Shown: positions 53,885 through 63,488 of the stretch, piece by piece | Layout of the letters: each line of letters opens with the position of its first letter | How positions within the stretch are numbered: the first letter of the stretch is position 1 | Assembly: GCA_937997485.1 (NCBI GenBank) | Contig: CALKTH010000016.1 | Coordinates: 3,669 to 67,668, forward strand | From: an uncultured Acidimicrobiales bacterium | GTDB taxonomy: Bacteria > Actinomycetota > Acidimicrobiia > Acidimicrobiales > SZUA-35 | Length of the DNA stretch: 64,000 nucleotides | Reading direction: 5' to 3' | Program-made: the position numbers and the translations under genes | Notes under the pieces: model-generated | Told to the model about the DNA's origin: nothing | Seen by the model: the letters and a program-made list of their open reading frames with translations, nothing else | Database searches by the model: none

Positions 53885-54391
53885 ATGGCTGATCTGAAGG
53901 TGTGGCGTTCTCACAAGGTCGAGATCCGGACGAGTGCGCTGGGCGGCCAGGGCATCTTTGCCACCCGGCGGATCGAACCGGGTGAGGTGGTAGCCGTGAA
54001 GGCCGGACACGTCATCCATGCCGACGAGGTCGACGACGTCACCCAGGCAGCCGGCGACTACACGCTCCAGATCAGCGACGACCTCTTCCTGGGACCGCGC
54101 ACGACCGAAGAGATCGACGATTTGGTGGTGATGATCAACCACTCGTGCGACGCCAACGTGGGGTTCGAGGGCGTGAGCTATGTCGCCATCCGGACCATCG
54201 AGCCGGACGAAGAGATCTGCCACGACTACGCGATGGCTCGCACCCTGCCGTACGAGATGACCTGCCTCTGCGGCACCACCGCGTGTCGAGGAACGGTGAC
54301 CCACGACGACTGGAAGCTGCCCGAGCTCCACGAGCGCTATGGCCGCTTCTTCATGCCTCACATCCTGCGCCGGATCGACGCTGGCGGGTGA
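53885..54391 (+). CDS. SET-domain protein-lysine methyltransferase-like protein
   Basis: GIFATRRIEPGEVV, NHSCDANV, EEICHDY and the post-SET cysteines CLCGTTACRG. Confidence 0.85.
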   Translation: MADLKVWRSHKVEIRTSALGGQGIFATRRIEPGEVVAVKAGHVIHADEVDDVTQAAGDYTLQISDDLFLGPRTTEEIDDLVVMINHSCDANVGFEGVSYVAIRTIEPDEEICHDYAMARTLPYEMTCLCGTTACRGTVTHDDWKLPELHERYGRFFMPHILRRIDAGG

Positions 54392-55296
54392 CCGATCAGC
54401 GGGCGCTCATCTTCAACACGAGCGACGGCTCGAACACCGAGCGTTTCCGTCCCTCGGACTGGGGGCTGCTCCTCACCGTCGCCCTGATCTGGGGATCATC
54501 GTTTCTCTGGATCGCCATCGGCCTGGACGCCTTCCATCCCGCTGCGGTGGCATGGTTGCGAGTCCTCTTCGGGGCCATCGTCATCTGGCTCGTTCCGGCT
54601 GCCCGGCGGCCTGTCGCTCGAACGGCCTGGCCGGGGATGGCCGCCGTGGGCGCTCTCGGGAATGCGGGTCCCGCGCTCTTGTTCGCCTTCGCTCAACAAC
54701 GAGTCGAGTCGTCGGTGGCCGGCATGCTCAACGCCTCGTCCCCGATCTTCATCCTTGGGGTTGCCGTTCTGATGACGCGCACCGCACCGAAGCGGCAGCA
54801 GATGCTGGGACTCGCCGTCGGACTCATTGGTGCGCTGACGATGGCCTGGCCGAACCTCGTAGGGGCCGACGCCCAACCACTGGGCGTGTTGCTCGTGCTC
54901 GGCGCGGTCTCCTGCTACGCCACGTCGAACAACATCATCCCGCCGCTGCAGCAGGAGTACGGCGGTGCAGCCGTTGTGGCCCGAGCGTTGCTCTTCTCTT
55001 CAATCTTGCTTCTGCCCTTTGGCGCCTACGGTCTGGCCTACTCATCCTTCGCCTGGGCGTCGCTGATCGCCGTCGTCGTCCTTGGGGTGGTGGGAACGGG
55101 CCTGGCTCGAACACTGTTCGCCACAGCAATCGGACGGGTCGGAGCGCCTCGGGCAGCCGTCGTCGGCTACTTCGTACCGATCTTCGCCACCTTCCTCGGC
55201 GTCGCCGTCCGGAATGAGTCTCTCCATCCGCTCGAGGTGCTCGGAACCGCCATCGTGCTCATCAGCGCAGCAATCATCGGGCGGTCAAGATCGTGA
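54388..55296 (+). CDS. EamA/DMT-family transporter
   Basis: Ten hydrophobic spans in two EamA-like halves. The GTG start overlaps the SET stop (GTGA at 54388..54391). The N-terminal part of ORF 54145..55296 overlaps the SET gene and was discarded. Confidence 0.82.
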   Translation: MTDQRALIFNTSDGSNTERFRPSDWGLLLTVALIWGSSFLWIAIGLDAFHPAAVAWLRVLFGAIVIWLVPAARRPVARTAWPGMAAVGALGNAGPALLFAFAQQRVESSVAGMLNASSPIFILGVAVLMTRTAPKRQQMLGLAVGLIGALTMAWPNLVGADAQPLGVLLVLGAVSCYATSNNIIPPLQQEYGGAAVVARALLFSSILLLPFGAYGLAYSSFAWASLIAVVVLGVVGTGLARTLFATAIGRVGAPRAAVVGYFVPIFATFLGVAVRNESLHPLEVLGTAIVLISAAIIGRSRS

Positions 55297-55301
55297 GATC
55301 A

Positions 55302-55322
55302 TCAGCCGCTGACATCGGCTGA
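55302..55322. terminator. hairpin between convergent genes (possible bidirectional terminator)
   Basis: TCAGCCG-ctgacat-CGGCTGA, with no clear U-tract. Confidence 0.3.
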
Positions 55323-55339
55323 CCGACCGACCCCTGCAC

Positions 55340-56494
55340 TCACGTTCGCGGGCGATGAGATCGCAGCCCGAGGGCAGCGATGAACGCGTCAACGCCGGCA
55401 TCGAGGGCCTGGCGGGCCCGACCGGCGGCAGCAGCATCGCCAGCCTCGTCTGCGGCCACCACCGCTGCCTCCAACTCCGCAAGGTGCAGCACAAGCCGTC
55501 GGCGATCACTGCCGCTCAGGTCCATTCCACCACGATCGGGCTCTCCGGAGTGTGCCGTCGGGTATCTGCCCACCGGCTGGTTGCGCCGGTCAGAACCAGG
55601 CCGCAGCTGCACACTGTCGAAGAGCGGAACCACCCCGCCCAGCATCGATCGAACGGTGTCGGGCATCGCCAGGCCCATCGCCGAGGGAGCGCCCAGGGCC
55701 GGCCGCAGTAATCCGGCAGCCTCAAGCGGGCGAGTCGCTTCGCTTGCCGTTACGACCCGGTCCGGCGTTGCCGCCAGCGCCACCGCATGCTCCCGTTCTC
55801 GAGGGGTGAGAAGGCCCATCGTCCACGCGATCACCTCTGCCACCGAGCGACGTCGACGGCGCCGGCGCTGGGTCGCCCGTTCCTCCCGTGAAAGATCTCG
55901 ACCCAGCATCTCGGCGACACTCATCTGTCGGGCCCGTGTGGCCGCAATCTCGATGGAGAGGGGTACGCCATCGAGCTGGCGGCACACGTTCAGCACCGTC
56001 TCTGCGTCGTCATCGTGGCCTCGATGGCCACCGTCGTCGCCACCTCGACACGCCTCAAACAGTTGACTGGCCGCGGCAGGAACATCGGCGGATGGAAGGG
56101 CCAATGGGCCGAGCAACAACACTGTTTCGCCGTCGAGCTCGAGCGGTTCCCGGCACGTCACGACCACCGGGCCGTCGGCTCCAACCTGGCTGCGGTCAGC
56201 GACGAGGCCAGCCACTTCGGCTGGCAGGCGATCGGACCGATAGTGGTGATGATCAACCACAACGCACTCACCGAATCCGGATCCTCCGGGCTCGGTTGAC
56301 GTCCGATTCAGCAGGTTCATCTGGGCGAGGGTCTCGGAGACCAATCGGGTCTTGCCGACGCCGGGAGCGCCCACGATCGAGATCAATTTGCAAGAGCGGA
56401 GCATCGTCATGAGCTCAGCCAGCTCGTGCTCGCGGCCCACAAACACTGGCCTGACCTGCCCCGACTCGTCGCTCGCCGCTCGCTCCCTCTCCAC
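55340..56494 (-). CDS. P-loop NTPase (STAND/LuxR-LAL-type N-terminal ATPase module, no recognisable output domain)
   Basis: FVGREHELAELMTMLRSCKLISIVGAPGVGKTRL is typical of the N-terminus of large ATP-binding regulators. No HTH is visible in the remainder. Confidence 0.6.
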   Translation of the reverse strand: MERERAASDESGQVRPVFVGREHELAELMTMLRSCKLISIVGAPGVGKTRLVSETLAQMNLLNRTSTEPGGSGFGECVVVDHHHYRSDRLPAEVAGLVADRSQVGADGPVVVTCREPLELDGETVLLLGPLALPSADVPAAASQLFEACRGGDDGGHRGHDDDAETVLNVCRQLDGVPLSIEIAATRARQMSVAEMLGRDLSREERATQRRRRRRRSVAEVIAWTMGLLTPREREHAVALAATPDRVVTASEATRPLEAAGLLRPALGAPSAMGLAMPDTVRSMLGGVVPLFDSVQLRPGSDRRNQPVGRYPTAHSGEPDRGGMDLSGSDRRRLVLHLAELEAAVVAADEAGDAAAAGRARQALDAGVDAFIAALGLRSHRPRT

Positions 56495-56527
56495 GTCGGG
56501 ATTCTGTCAGACGAAGCGATGCTGTCG

Positions 56528-57886
56528 TCAGATGCGCTCGAAGTAGCGACGCCGTTCCCAATCGGTCACAGCTCGGTTGTAGGCGTCGTACTCCATCTGG
56601 AAGAAGCGGCCGTAGTGGGCCACGACCTCGTCGCCGAGGAGGCGAACGCTCTCGGCCGAGGAGCGGAACGCCTCGTTGGCTTCGGCCAGCGTGGACGGCA
56701 CACGCTGCTCGTGGAACGCGGCGTATTGGTCACCATCAGCGGGCGGAGGCGGCTCGGTTTTGTTGGCGATGCCGTCAAGGCCGCTGGCGAGTGCTGCCGC
56801 GAACGCGAGATAGGGATTCGCATCGGCGCCCGGGATCCGGCATTCGATCCGAAGCGAGTTGCCTGAGCCGACGACTCGGAATCCGGCCGTCCGGTTGTCG
56901 GTCGACCAAGCGATGCGGGTCGGCGCCCAGGAGGCGTCCTGGTAGCGCTTGTAGGAGTTCACCGTGGGCGCATAGAACGGCATGAGGTGGTGCGTGTGCG
57001 CCATCCAGCCGCCGAGGAACCACCGGAAGATGTCGGTCCGGTACCCGTCAATGCCATCGGAGAAGGCGTTGCGGCCGTCGTGCCAAAGGCTGATGTGGAG
57101 GTGGCAGCTGCTGCCCGGCGTGTCCGGGAACGGCTTGGCCATGAAGGTCACGCTCATCTCCTTGGAGTCAGCCAAGGCCTTGAGGCACTGCTTCATGACG
57201 ACATGGCGATCGGCCATCTCCATCGCTGGTGCGTAGCGGAGGTTGATCTCGTGCTGGCCGGTGGCCGCCTCGCCCTTCGAGCTCTCCACCGGCACGCCCG
57301 ATGCCTTCAGCGCTCGGCGCGCAGGGCCGACGAAGTCTTCGGTCCGCTCAGACTGGAGGAGGTGGTAGTCCTCGACGTACCAGCCCGCGGCTTGCACGTC
57401 CCGATAGTCCTTGGCATGTGCCGTCTGGTAGCTGTCTCGGAAGATGAAGAACTCGAGTTCGGATGCCGCTGCGCTGCCGACGTTGGCCCGGCCGAGCGCG
57501 TCGACCTGGCGCTGCAGAATGGTCCGAGGAGACACCGAAACGATGCCGTCCTCTCCCTCCACGACGTCGCACAGAACGATCGCGGTGCGGTCGGCCCACG
57601 CGGCAATCCTCAGTGTGTCGAGATCCGGCACGAGGTGCATGTCGCCGTAGCCGCCGGACCAATCAGCAAACTCGAATCCTTCGAGCGGTTCCATCTCCAT
57701 GTCGACGGTGAAGAGGTAGCGACAAGCGTGAGTGCCTTCATCGATGGAGTCGCAGAAGAAGTCGGCATCGAAGCGCTTCCCCATCAGCCTTCCGTAGTGG
57801 TCGGTGAAGCCAACGATGACAGTGTCGATCGACCCGTCCTCAGCCATTGCCTGGAGGTCGGAAAAGGTCAGGGATTCGCCGCTCAT
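56528..57886 (-). CDS. glutamine synthetase family protein (GlnA-like gamma-glutamyl ligase)
   Basis: FTDHYGRLMGK, a beta-grasp, SKGEAATGQHEINL, GSSCHLHISLW and NSYKR. Confidence 0.9.
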   Translation of the reverse strand: MSGESLTFSDLQAMAEDGSIDTVIVGFTDHYGRLMGKRFDADFFCDSIDEGTHACRYLFTVDMEMEPLEGFEFADWSGGYGDMHLVPDLDTLRIAAWADRTAIVLCDVVEGEDGIVSVSPRTILQRQVDALGRANVGSAAASELEFFIFRDSYQTAHAKDYRDVQAAGWYVEDYHLLQSERTEDFVGPARRALKASGVPVESSKGEAATGQHEINLRYAPAMEMADRHVVMKQCLKALADSKEMSVTFMAKPFPDTPGSSCHLHISLWHDGRNAFSDGIDGYRTDIFRWFLGGWMAHTHHLMPFYAPTVNSYKRYQDASWAPTRIAWSTDNRTAGFRVVGSGNSLRIECRIPGADANPYLAFAAALASGLDGIANKTEPPPPADGDQYAAFHEQRVPSTLAEANEAFRSSAESVRLLGDEVVAHYGRFFQMEYDAYNRAVTDWERRRYFERI

Positions 57887-58416
57887 CCCCGAGAGTCTGG
57901 TGGATTCGGGAGCGAGGCGCTGACCTCGGCGACGAGTTCGTCGATCGGTCGGGCTGCGTCGAGTGTGATCTGGGCGAGCGATTGCCAGTGTGGACGACGC
58001 CGCGACTGGATGGCGGCCAACTCGGCCTCGGCGATGGATCGTCGATGGGATCCAGTGGCGATTCGCTGGTGGAGCTGATCGAGGGGCAGGTCCAACCACA
58101 CTGGCGCCGAGCGGCGGGCCATCGCGTCTCGACACAGCGCCGACTCGATCGTCCAACCCGCAGCCGAGATCACGTGTGGCTCCGACAGCGCAAGCGCGCC
58201 GAGAAGGACGGCCTCTTCGAGCGCGTGCAGATCGTCGACACGTCCTGCTTCTGCCAGCTCGGCGCCGGTCTGTCCCGTGAGACGCTCAACGTCGACGTCG
58301 GAATCTCGCGTCGGTAGACCCAACCGTTCGGCAATGGCCCCAGCCGTCGAGCTCTTACCGATGCCCATCATTCCCATCACCACGATGTGGCGTGTGGGCG
58401 AGTTGAAGTCAGTCAC
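57883..58416 (-). CDS. shikimate-kinase-like P-loop kinase (divergent)
   Basis: Walker A GMMGIGKSS and DSD. The GGG shikimate-binding motif is absent (VISAAGWT). Its stop overlaps the GS-like start (ATGA). GTG start at 58416. Confidence 0.6.
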   Translation of the reverse strand: MTDFNSPTRHIVVMGMMGIGKSSTAGAIAERLGLPTRDSDVDVERLTGQTGAELAEAGRVDDLHALEEAVLLGALALSEPHVISAAGWTIESALCRDAMARRSAPVWLDLPLDQLHQRIATGSHRRSIAEAELAAIQSRRRPHWQSLAQITLDAARPIDELVAEVSASLPNPPDSRG

Positions 58417-58435
58417 CCGATTAGTGTGCCGATTC

Positions 58436-58927
58436 GTGTCCCCCGAGATCCACCCCGCTATCGCCCACCTCGCATCATTGCTCGGCACATGGCGGGGTCG
58501 AGGTAGCGGCCACTATCCGACGATCGATCCGTTCGAGTACGTAGAGGAGGTCACCATCGGCCACGTCGGCAAGCCGTTCCTCAGCTACACCCAGAAGACC
58601 CGGCACGCCGAAACGGATCTGCCGCTCCACGCCGAGGCCGGGTACTTCCGACCGGTGGGCCTGGAGGCTGTTGAACTGATCCTGGCCCAGCCCTCAGGCA
58701 TTGTTGAGATTGATGAGGGCTCCGTTGCGATCGACGAGGGCGTGATCAGAATCGACATCACCTCGCAGGTGGTCGCCACGTCGAGCACGGCGAAGGACGT
58801 GGCCTCCGTGCGCCGAACCCTCTCGATCGCAGGCGATGAGTTGCGTTACGACGTCGAGATGGGGGCCGTGGGTCAAACCCATCAGCATCATCTCAACGCT
58901 GTCCTCACACGAGTGACGACACCCTGA
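58436..58927 (+). CDS. nitrobindin / FABP-like (DUF1794, THAP4-type heme-binding beta-barrel) protein
   Basis: LASLLGTWRGRGSGHYPTIDPFEYVEE...EAGYFR... is typical of actinobacterial nitrobindins. Start (GTG 58424 or 58436) is uncertain. Confidence 0.72.
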   Translation: MSPEIHPAIAHLASLLGTWRGRGSGHYPTIDPFEYVEEVTIGHVGKPFLSYTQKTRHAETDLPLHAEAGYFRPVGLEAVELILAQPSGIVEIDEGSVAIDEGVIRIDITSQVVATSSTAKDVASVRRTLSIAGDELRYDVEMGAVGQTHQHHLNAVLTRVTTP

Positions 58928-60206
58928 CGTCCTGCACAGGCCGGCCCGTTGACGACAGCTTCGGAACTGGACTCGAGGCGGGCTGGTCGCCAGACACCAT
59001 CCGGTTGAGCATCTCCTCCGCCTGATCAATGGCATGAGCGCTGGATTGAGCCGACGCTCGTAGTGCAAGGGATCGTTCGAGAACGCCATCTGCGGCATAG
59101 GTGGCTGTCCGCAACCGCTCCCCCGTGACGAGAATCGAGTCAGGATCGGACCAGTCAGCAACGGCACCAATGCCGTGGGCTTCGATCTCGTCCCGCAGCG
59201 GACTCGAGTTTCCGGCCAGTCCGAGGATCGGGGTGCCGGCGGCCGTTGATGGCAAGAGCTTCGACGGCAGGAAGGAGGCAGCATCTGTCGGAAGCTCGGG
59301 AACCACGAAAGCGTCAGCCCAGTGCAGACGTTCGATGAATTCGTCCTCCGAGAGGAACGGACGGCGGCGAAAGCGAGCGTCGCCTGCAGGCAGTACCTGA
59401 TCGACGGCCTCGGCCCCGGCACCGGCACCACAGATCTCGAACTCAAAGTCGCGATCGCTGGCAGCCAGCATGTCGACCACGCGGTCGACGCCCTGCTTCT
59501 TGCCAATGTTGCCGGCATAAAGAAGACGGAGGGGGCGGCGGCGGTCATGACGGTCCTCGGCGTCTGCGGCAGCCCGAGCACGCACGATGGATGCCTCCGC
59601 GGTGGAGTGCAACCAGTTCGGGAAGGTCTGGACCTTCTGTCCATCGGTGTTGAGGTGCGACAGCTCGGCGGTCATCTGCGGGGCGATGGTGGTCACCAGC
59701 GAAGCCCGTGCCAACACGGCCTCTTCGACCTGCGTCAGCGCCTTGCCGATGGTGCCGGAATAGCTCGCTGCGGCTCTGCCAGACAGATCTTGCACGTTGA
59801 TCCAGGTCGGAACGTCGGGCTGGCCCTTTGTATCGAGCATGGCCGCCACACCCGAGCTCAGCAGCGGAAGAAACGCCACGACAGCATCGACGGGGGCTGA
59901 CTGGAACGTGGAGCGGGCGAGCGAAAGGGCGTAGGAACCCTCATAGGCCGCTCGCTGGACCGTGGAGCCGGGATTGCGGGGGATGAACATGCCGTGACGA
60001 ACGACAGAGACGCCGTTGACGACCTCACGTTCGCGGCGCCAAAGGTTCGCTCCGCTCTTGTTCACCCACTCCGGGTAGTACGGATACGAGCAGAACAGCT
60101 CGACATCGTGGCCACGCTGAGCAAGACCCTCGCTGAGATCGGTGAAGATGCTCGCACCACCACCTCGATCGGGCCGGTGGAGATGACTGAACACACGGAT
60201 CTTCAT
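58905..60206 (-). CDS. GT4-family glycosyltransferase (WcaI/WbuB-like)
   Basis: MKIRVFSHLHRPDRGGGASIF... N-terminus, and a C-terminal EX7E-type region (VVPELPTDAASFLPSKL). Confidence 0.85.
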   Translation of the reverse strand: MKIRVFSHLHRPDRGGGASIFTDLSEGLAQRGHDVELFCSYPYYPEWVNKSGANLWRREREVVNGVSVVRHGMFIPRNPGSTVQRAAYEGSYALSLARSTFQSAPVDAVVAFLPLLSSGVAAMLDTKGQPDVPTWINVQDLSGRAAASYSGTIGKALTQVEEAVLARASLVTTIAPQMTAELSHLNTDGQKVQTFPNWLHSTAEASIVRARAAADAEDRHDRRRPLRLLYAGNIGKKQGVDRVVDMLAASDRDFEFEICGAGAGAEAVDQVLPAGDARFRRRPFLSEDEFIERLHWADAFVVPELPTDAASFLPSKLLPSTAAGTPILGLAGNSSPLRDEIEAHGIGAVADWSDPDSILVTGERLRTATYAADGVLERSLALRASAQSSAHAIDQAEEMLNRMVSGDQPASSPVPKLSSTGRPVQDVRVSSLV

Positions 60207-61000
60207 CAGAAGGCTCCTTGATCGTGTCGCCCGAGAAGGGCGAAGAACGTCTGCTGGATCGTTCGTGCGATGAGCACCGCATCGCCAACGTTTGTTCGCG
60301 TCAGCACGTACTCCTGGTCGAGCGCCACCCGCTGCTCGTACGGGAGTTGGTTGCGGCCTGAGACCTGCCAGAGGCCGGTGAGTCCGGGACGAACGGCAAA
60401 CACGATCGTGCGGGCAGCCCCGTACCGACCCGCTTCATCGACAACGATCGGGCGGGGGCCAACCAGGCTCATGTGGCCGACGAGCACGTTCACCAGCTGG
60501 GGAAGCTCATCCAGATTCGTGGAACGGAGGCGGCGGCCGAGAGCCGTCACTCGCGGGTCCTTGCGAAGCTTCTGGTCTCGTCGCCACTCGGCCCGGAGAT
60601 CGTCGTTTTCGGCAAGCAGCTTCTCGAAGTCTTCCGGCGTGAGCGCCTTCATCGTCTTGAACTTGAGGCACGGGAACGTCCGAGCGTCCCGGCCGACCCG
60701 TTCCTGGACGAAGATCGGGGACGTCCGAGTCGAAAGAGCGATCGTCAGCGCGATCAACGCGAGCAACGGTGCGAGCACCATGAGGGCGATCGCGGACAAC
60801 ACGATGTCGAAGACCCGCTTGAGGAGCTCAGAGCGAGCTCGACGGACGGTGAGCTGGGGCGCCTCGAGAACCGTGGGCTCGATGGCGACGATTCCACCGG
60901 AGGTCTCCGCTACGGGACGACCGGCGGGCGTCGCAGCTCGCAGGGCGCGAGCAGACCGACGAGGAGTCGGATCAAGGCGGGAGGAGAGTTCCGAAGGCAT
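60206..61000 (-). CDS. polyprenyl-phosphate sugar phosphotransferase (bacterial sugar transferase, small PGT)
   Basis: KRVFDIVLSAIALMVLAPLL...PIFVQERVG...KFKTM...DPRVT..GRRLR.TNLDELPQLVNVL.G.MSLVGPRP. Start at MPSELS, preceded by GGGGAGG. 1-nt TGATG overlap with the GT4 gene. Confidence 0.9.
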   Translation of the reverse strand: MPSELSSRLDPTPRRSARALRAATPAGRPVAETSGGIVAIEPTVLEAPQLTVRRARSELLKRVFDIVLSAIALMVLAPLLALIALTIALSTRTSPIFVQERVGRDARTFPCLKFKTMKALTPEDFEKLLAENDDLRAEWRRDQKLRKDPRVTALGRRLRSTNLDELPQLVNVLVGHMSLVGPRPIVVDEAGRYGAARTIVFAVRPGLTGLWQVSGRNQLPYEQRVALDQEYVLTRTNVGDAVLIARTIQQTFFALLGRHDQGAF

Positions 61001-61097
61001 GCCTCCCCTCCTTCGGCTGCCCCAGACCGTGGCGGCAGTGAATTGGGCGAGGCTGCGAAACGAATGAACTCTTCGGCCCATATGCCGATAGGTCGGG

Positions 61098-63488
61098 ATG
61101 CCCAGCCGCCGTCCTCTGGATGCGTGGTCCCTCGTCGGACTCACGCTTGCCGTCGTCGCGGCCACTGGACTGCCCGTGGCGCCGACCGGCATCGACGCCT
61201 GGGATCGATGTCTCGCTGCGCTCTTTGCGGCGTTCGTGTTCGTTGCTGCGCAGCGAGCTTCAGAGCGCCAGTTGTTCCCGGCCACAGCGGTGGTCGCTCT
61301 GTGCGCCGGACCCATCGGCTGGACGTTGCTGGGGACCGTGGGTGTTGTGCTGCTCACCGCTTCTCGGCTCATCGATTCCCAGGGGGCGACCAGCGGTCAC
61401 CGGGCCACCGAGCCGGTTGACCAGTCGCCCAAACCATCACTGCATCGCCTGGTCGCCGGGGTGATCGGCGTCGTTCTCGGAGTCGGCCTGCTCCAGTTGC
61501 GGCCAATGACTGCGTTCGGCGTGCCCAGCCTGGTCGTGGCGCTGGCCCTGCTTCCGTTGGCCGCTCCCCTGCTGCGCCCGCCGACCCGCCGCTGGGTTGG
61601 CATCGCCCTCGCTGGACTCGTGCTCATCGCCGGGGCGGGAACCGTCGCCGGCGCCCGAACGGCTCTGGATCTCCGAGCCAGTGCTGACGCCCTCGGCGGC
61701 CTCGAGGCGTCGACCTCCTCAGCCGCTGAGTTCGACACTGTCGCTGACCGTTTGGCCGGCGCCCATCGGCGGTTGAACCAGTGGTGGGCGAGACCAGCAC
61801 GACTCGTTCCCGTTGCCTCGCAGCATCTTCGTGCGCTCGATGCGCTGGCGGAGGGCGGAGCATCGATCGCCGCCAGCGGGTCCGAGGTGGTGACCAGTGT
61901 GGATCTCGCCATGAGCTCACCCGATCCGGGCCAGCGTCTGGACCTCAAACGACTCGCGGCCACCGAGCCTGCGTTGAACGCAGCCGTATCCAACCTGACC
62001 GCGACGCTCGATGCCATCAACGAAAACCGTTCGCCCTGGTTGCTCCCGCTGGCTCAGCGCAATATCACGAGAGCCGAAACCGAGTTGGCAGCGGCCAAGC
62101 CTCGGTTGAACATCGCTCAGCTCGTCTCGAGCGAGCTCCCGGCCCTGCTCGGCGCCGACCGCGAGATGGTCTATCTCGTCATCTTCACCAACCCGGCCGA
62201 GGCTCGGGAGGCCGGCGGCATTCTCGGCTCCTTCGCTGAGCTTCGCGTCAGGGACGGCCGGCTCGCCATCACCGACCTTGGCCGCGATGTCGACCTCAAC
62301 TGGAACGGTTGGGGCACGCCGCTCGATCCCGCGAACTTCCCCGCTCGGCTCGTCACCAGCCGGCCGGAGCGGTTCTCACAGAACTGGACTCGCTCCACCG
62401 ACGTTCCAACGGTGGCCCGAGCGATCGATCACCTCTACCCGTCCCTCGGCCGCGCCGAGCTCGACGGGGTCATCAGCCTCGACCCATTCGCGCTCGCTGC
62501 GCTGGTGGATCTAGCCGATGGCATCGAAGTCGTTCTCGAACCGGATCTGGCAACGGAGGTTTTTGACGGGCCCGCCATGATCGACTTCTTGTTCGATGGC
62601 CAATACCGACGCTTTGACGAGGAACGGGAGCGCAGCCTTGCCTTGGCGGTGCTGACCGACGCCGTCTTCGAACAGTTCCTCGACGCCCCGCTCGATCCCA
62701 TCCGTTTGGCGACGGCGATGGCCCCCTCTGTCGCCGAACGTCGGCTCTCGGTCGTGCGCACGCCGAGCGCTCCGGCCGATGGCCAGACTGCGCTTGCCCC
62801 CAACCCCCTGCTTGAGGCGCTCGGCGTGCGAAATGCCCATGACCCGAGAGCCAGCGACGACAACATGTACGTCGACCACCTCGCCGTGGTGCATTCGAAC
62901 ATGACAGGCAACAAGTTGGATGCGCACCTGGAGCGCGAGGTCGACGTTCGCACGCAACTTGACTGGGCCACGGGAAGGCTCACGAGCGTTGTGACGACCC
63001 GGCTGACCAATGGCGCCACTCCTGATCTGCCGGCCTACGTTCTCGGCCGGGAGGATCGGACCGGGATTCCGTCGGGTCATCACCGGGTCGAACTGTCCGT
63101 GTTCACGCCCCACCGGCTCACGCAGATGACCGTTCACCGCCTGGCTGATGCCGGCGAGACCGAACCGCGCACCGGCGAACCCGTGGCACCGAGCGTTGAG
63201 AACGAACTGGGGCTGACTCGAGCGTCGACCATCGTCGAACTCGCCCCCGGTGAGACCGTCACGATCACCACCGTCTGGAACGGCTCGCTACCTTCAGGCT
63301 TCAGTTCGGAGGGCGGACGCTCTCAGGCTTACGAGCTCGACATCCACGCCCAACCGTTGGTCCTGACCGACACGATGAGCGTGCTCGTTGAGAAACTCAC
63401 TGGTCGAGAAGGCGAACCTGCTCCGAACGCGCTGATCGACCAGTCGTTCATGCTCCGCGGTGACCGCACGCTCGTCAGCGAAGGATGA
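61098..63488 (+). CDS. DUF4012-domain membrane protein
   Basis: N-terminal TM segments are followed by VYLVIFTNPAEAREAGGILGSFAELRVRDGRL, the hallmark of DUF4012 proteins found next to actinobacterial polysaccharide genes. Confidence 0.8.
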   Translation: MPSRRPLDAWSLVGLTLAVVAATGLPVAPTGIDAWDRCLAALFAAFVFVAAQRASERQLFPATAVVALCAGPIGWTLLGTVGVVLLTASRLIDSQGATSGHRATEPVDQSPKPSLHRLVAGVIGVVLGVGLLQLRPMTAFGVPSLVVALALLPLAAPLLRPPTRRWVGIALAGLVLIAGAGTVAGARTALDLRASADALGGLEASTSSAAEFDTVADRLAGAHRRLNQWWARPARLVPVASQHLRALDALAEGGASIAASGSEVVTSVDLAMSSPDPGQRLDLKRLAATEPALNAAVSNLTATLDAINENRSPWLLPLAQRNITRAETELAAAKPRLNIAQLVSSELPALLGADREMVYLVIFTNPAEAREAGGILGSFAELRVRDGRLAITDLGRDVDLNWNGWGTPLDPANFPARLVTSRPERFSQNWTRSTDVPTVARAIDHLYPSLGRAELDGVISLDPFALAALVDLADGIEVVLEPDLATEVFDGPAMIDFLFDGQYRRFDEERERSLALAVLTDAVFEQFLDAPLDPIRLATAMAPSVAERRLSVVRTPSAPADGQTALAPNPLLEALGVRNAHDPRASDDNMYVDHLAVVHSNMTGNKLDAHLEREVDVRTQLDWATGRLTSVVTTRLTNGATPDLPAYVLGREDRTGIPSGHHRVELSVFTPHRLTQMTVHRLADAGETEPRTGEPVAPSVENELGLTRASTIVELAPGETVTITTVWNGSLPSGFSSEGGRSQAYELDIHAQPLVLTDTMSVLVEKLTGREGEPAPNALIDQSFMLRGDRTLVSEG

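Noticed and set aside
54145-54387. N-terminal extension of the EamA ORF.
   Set aside because: It overlaps the SET-domain gene in another frame and is Arg/Pro/His-rich. The transporter TM pattern starts after GTG 54388.
61001-61372. N-terminal 124-aa extension of the sugar transferase ORF.
   Set aside because: It is Ala/Ser/Thr/Arg-rich and overlaps the DUF4012 start region. A strong SD precedes the internal ATG at 61000, and small PGTs are about 200-270 aa.
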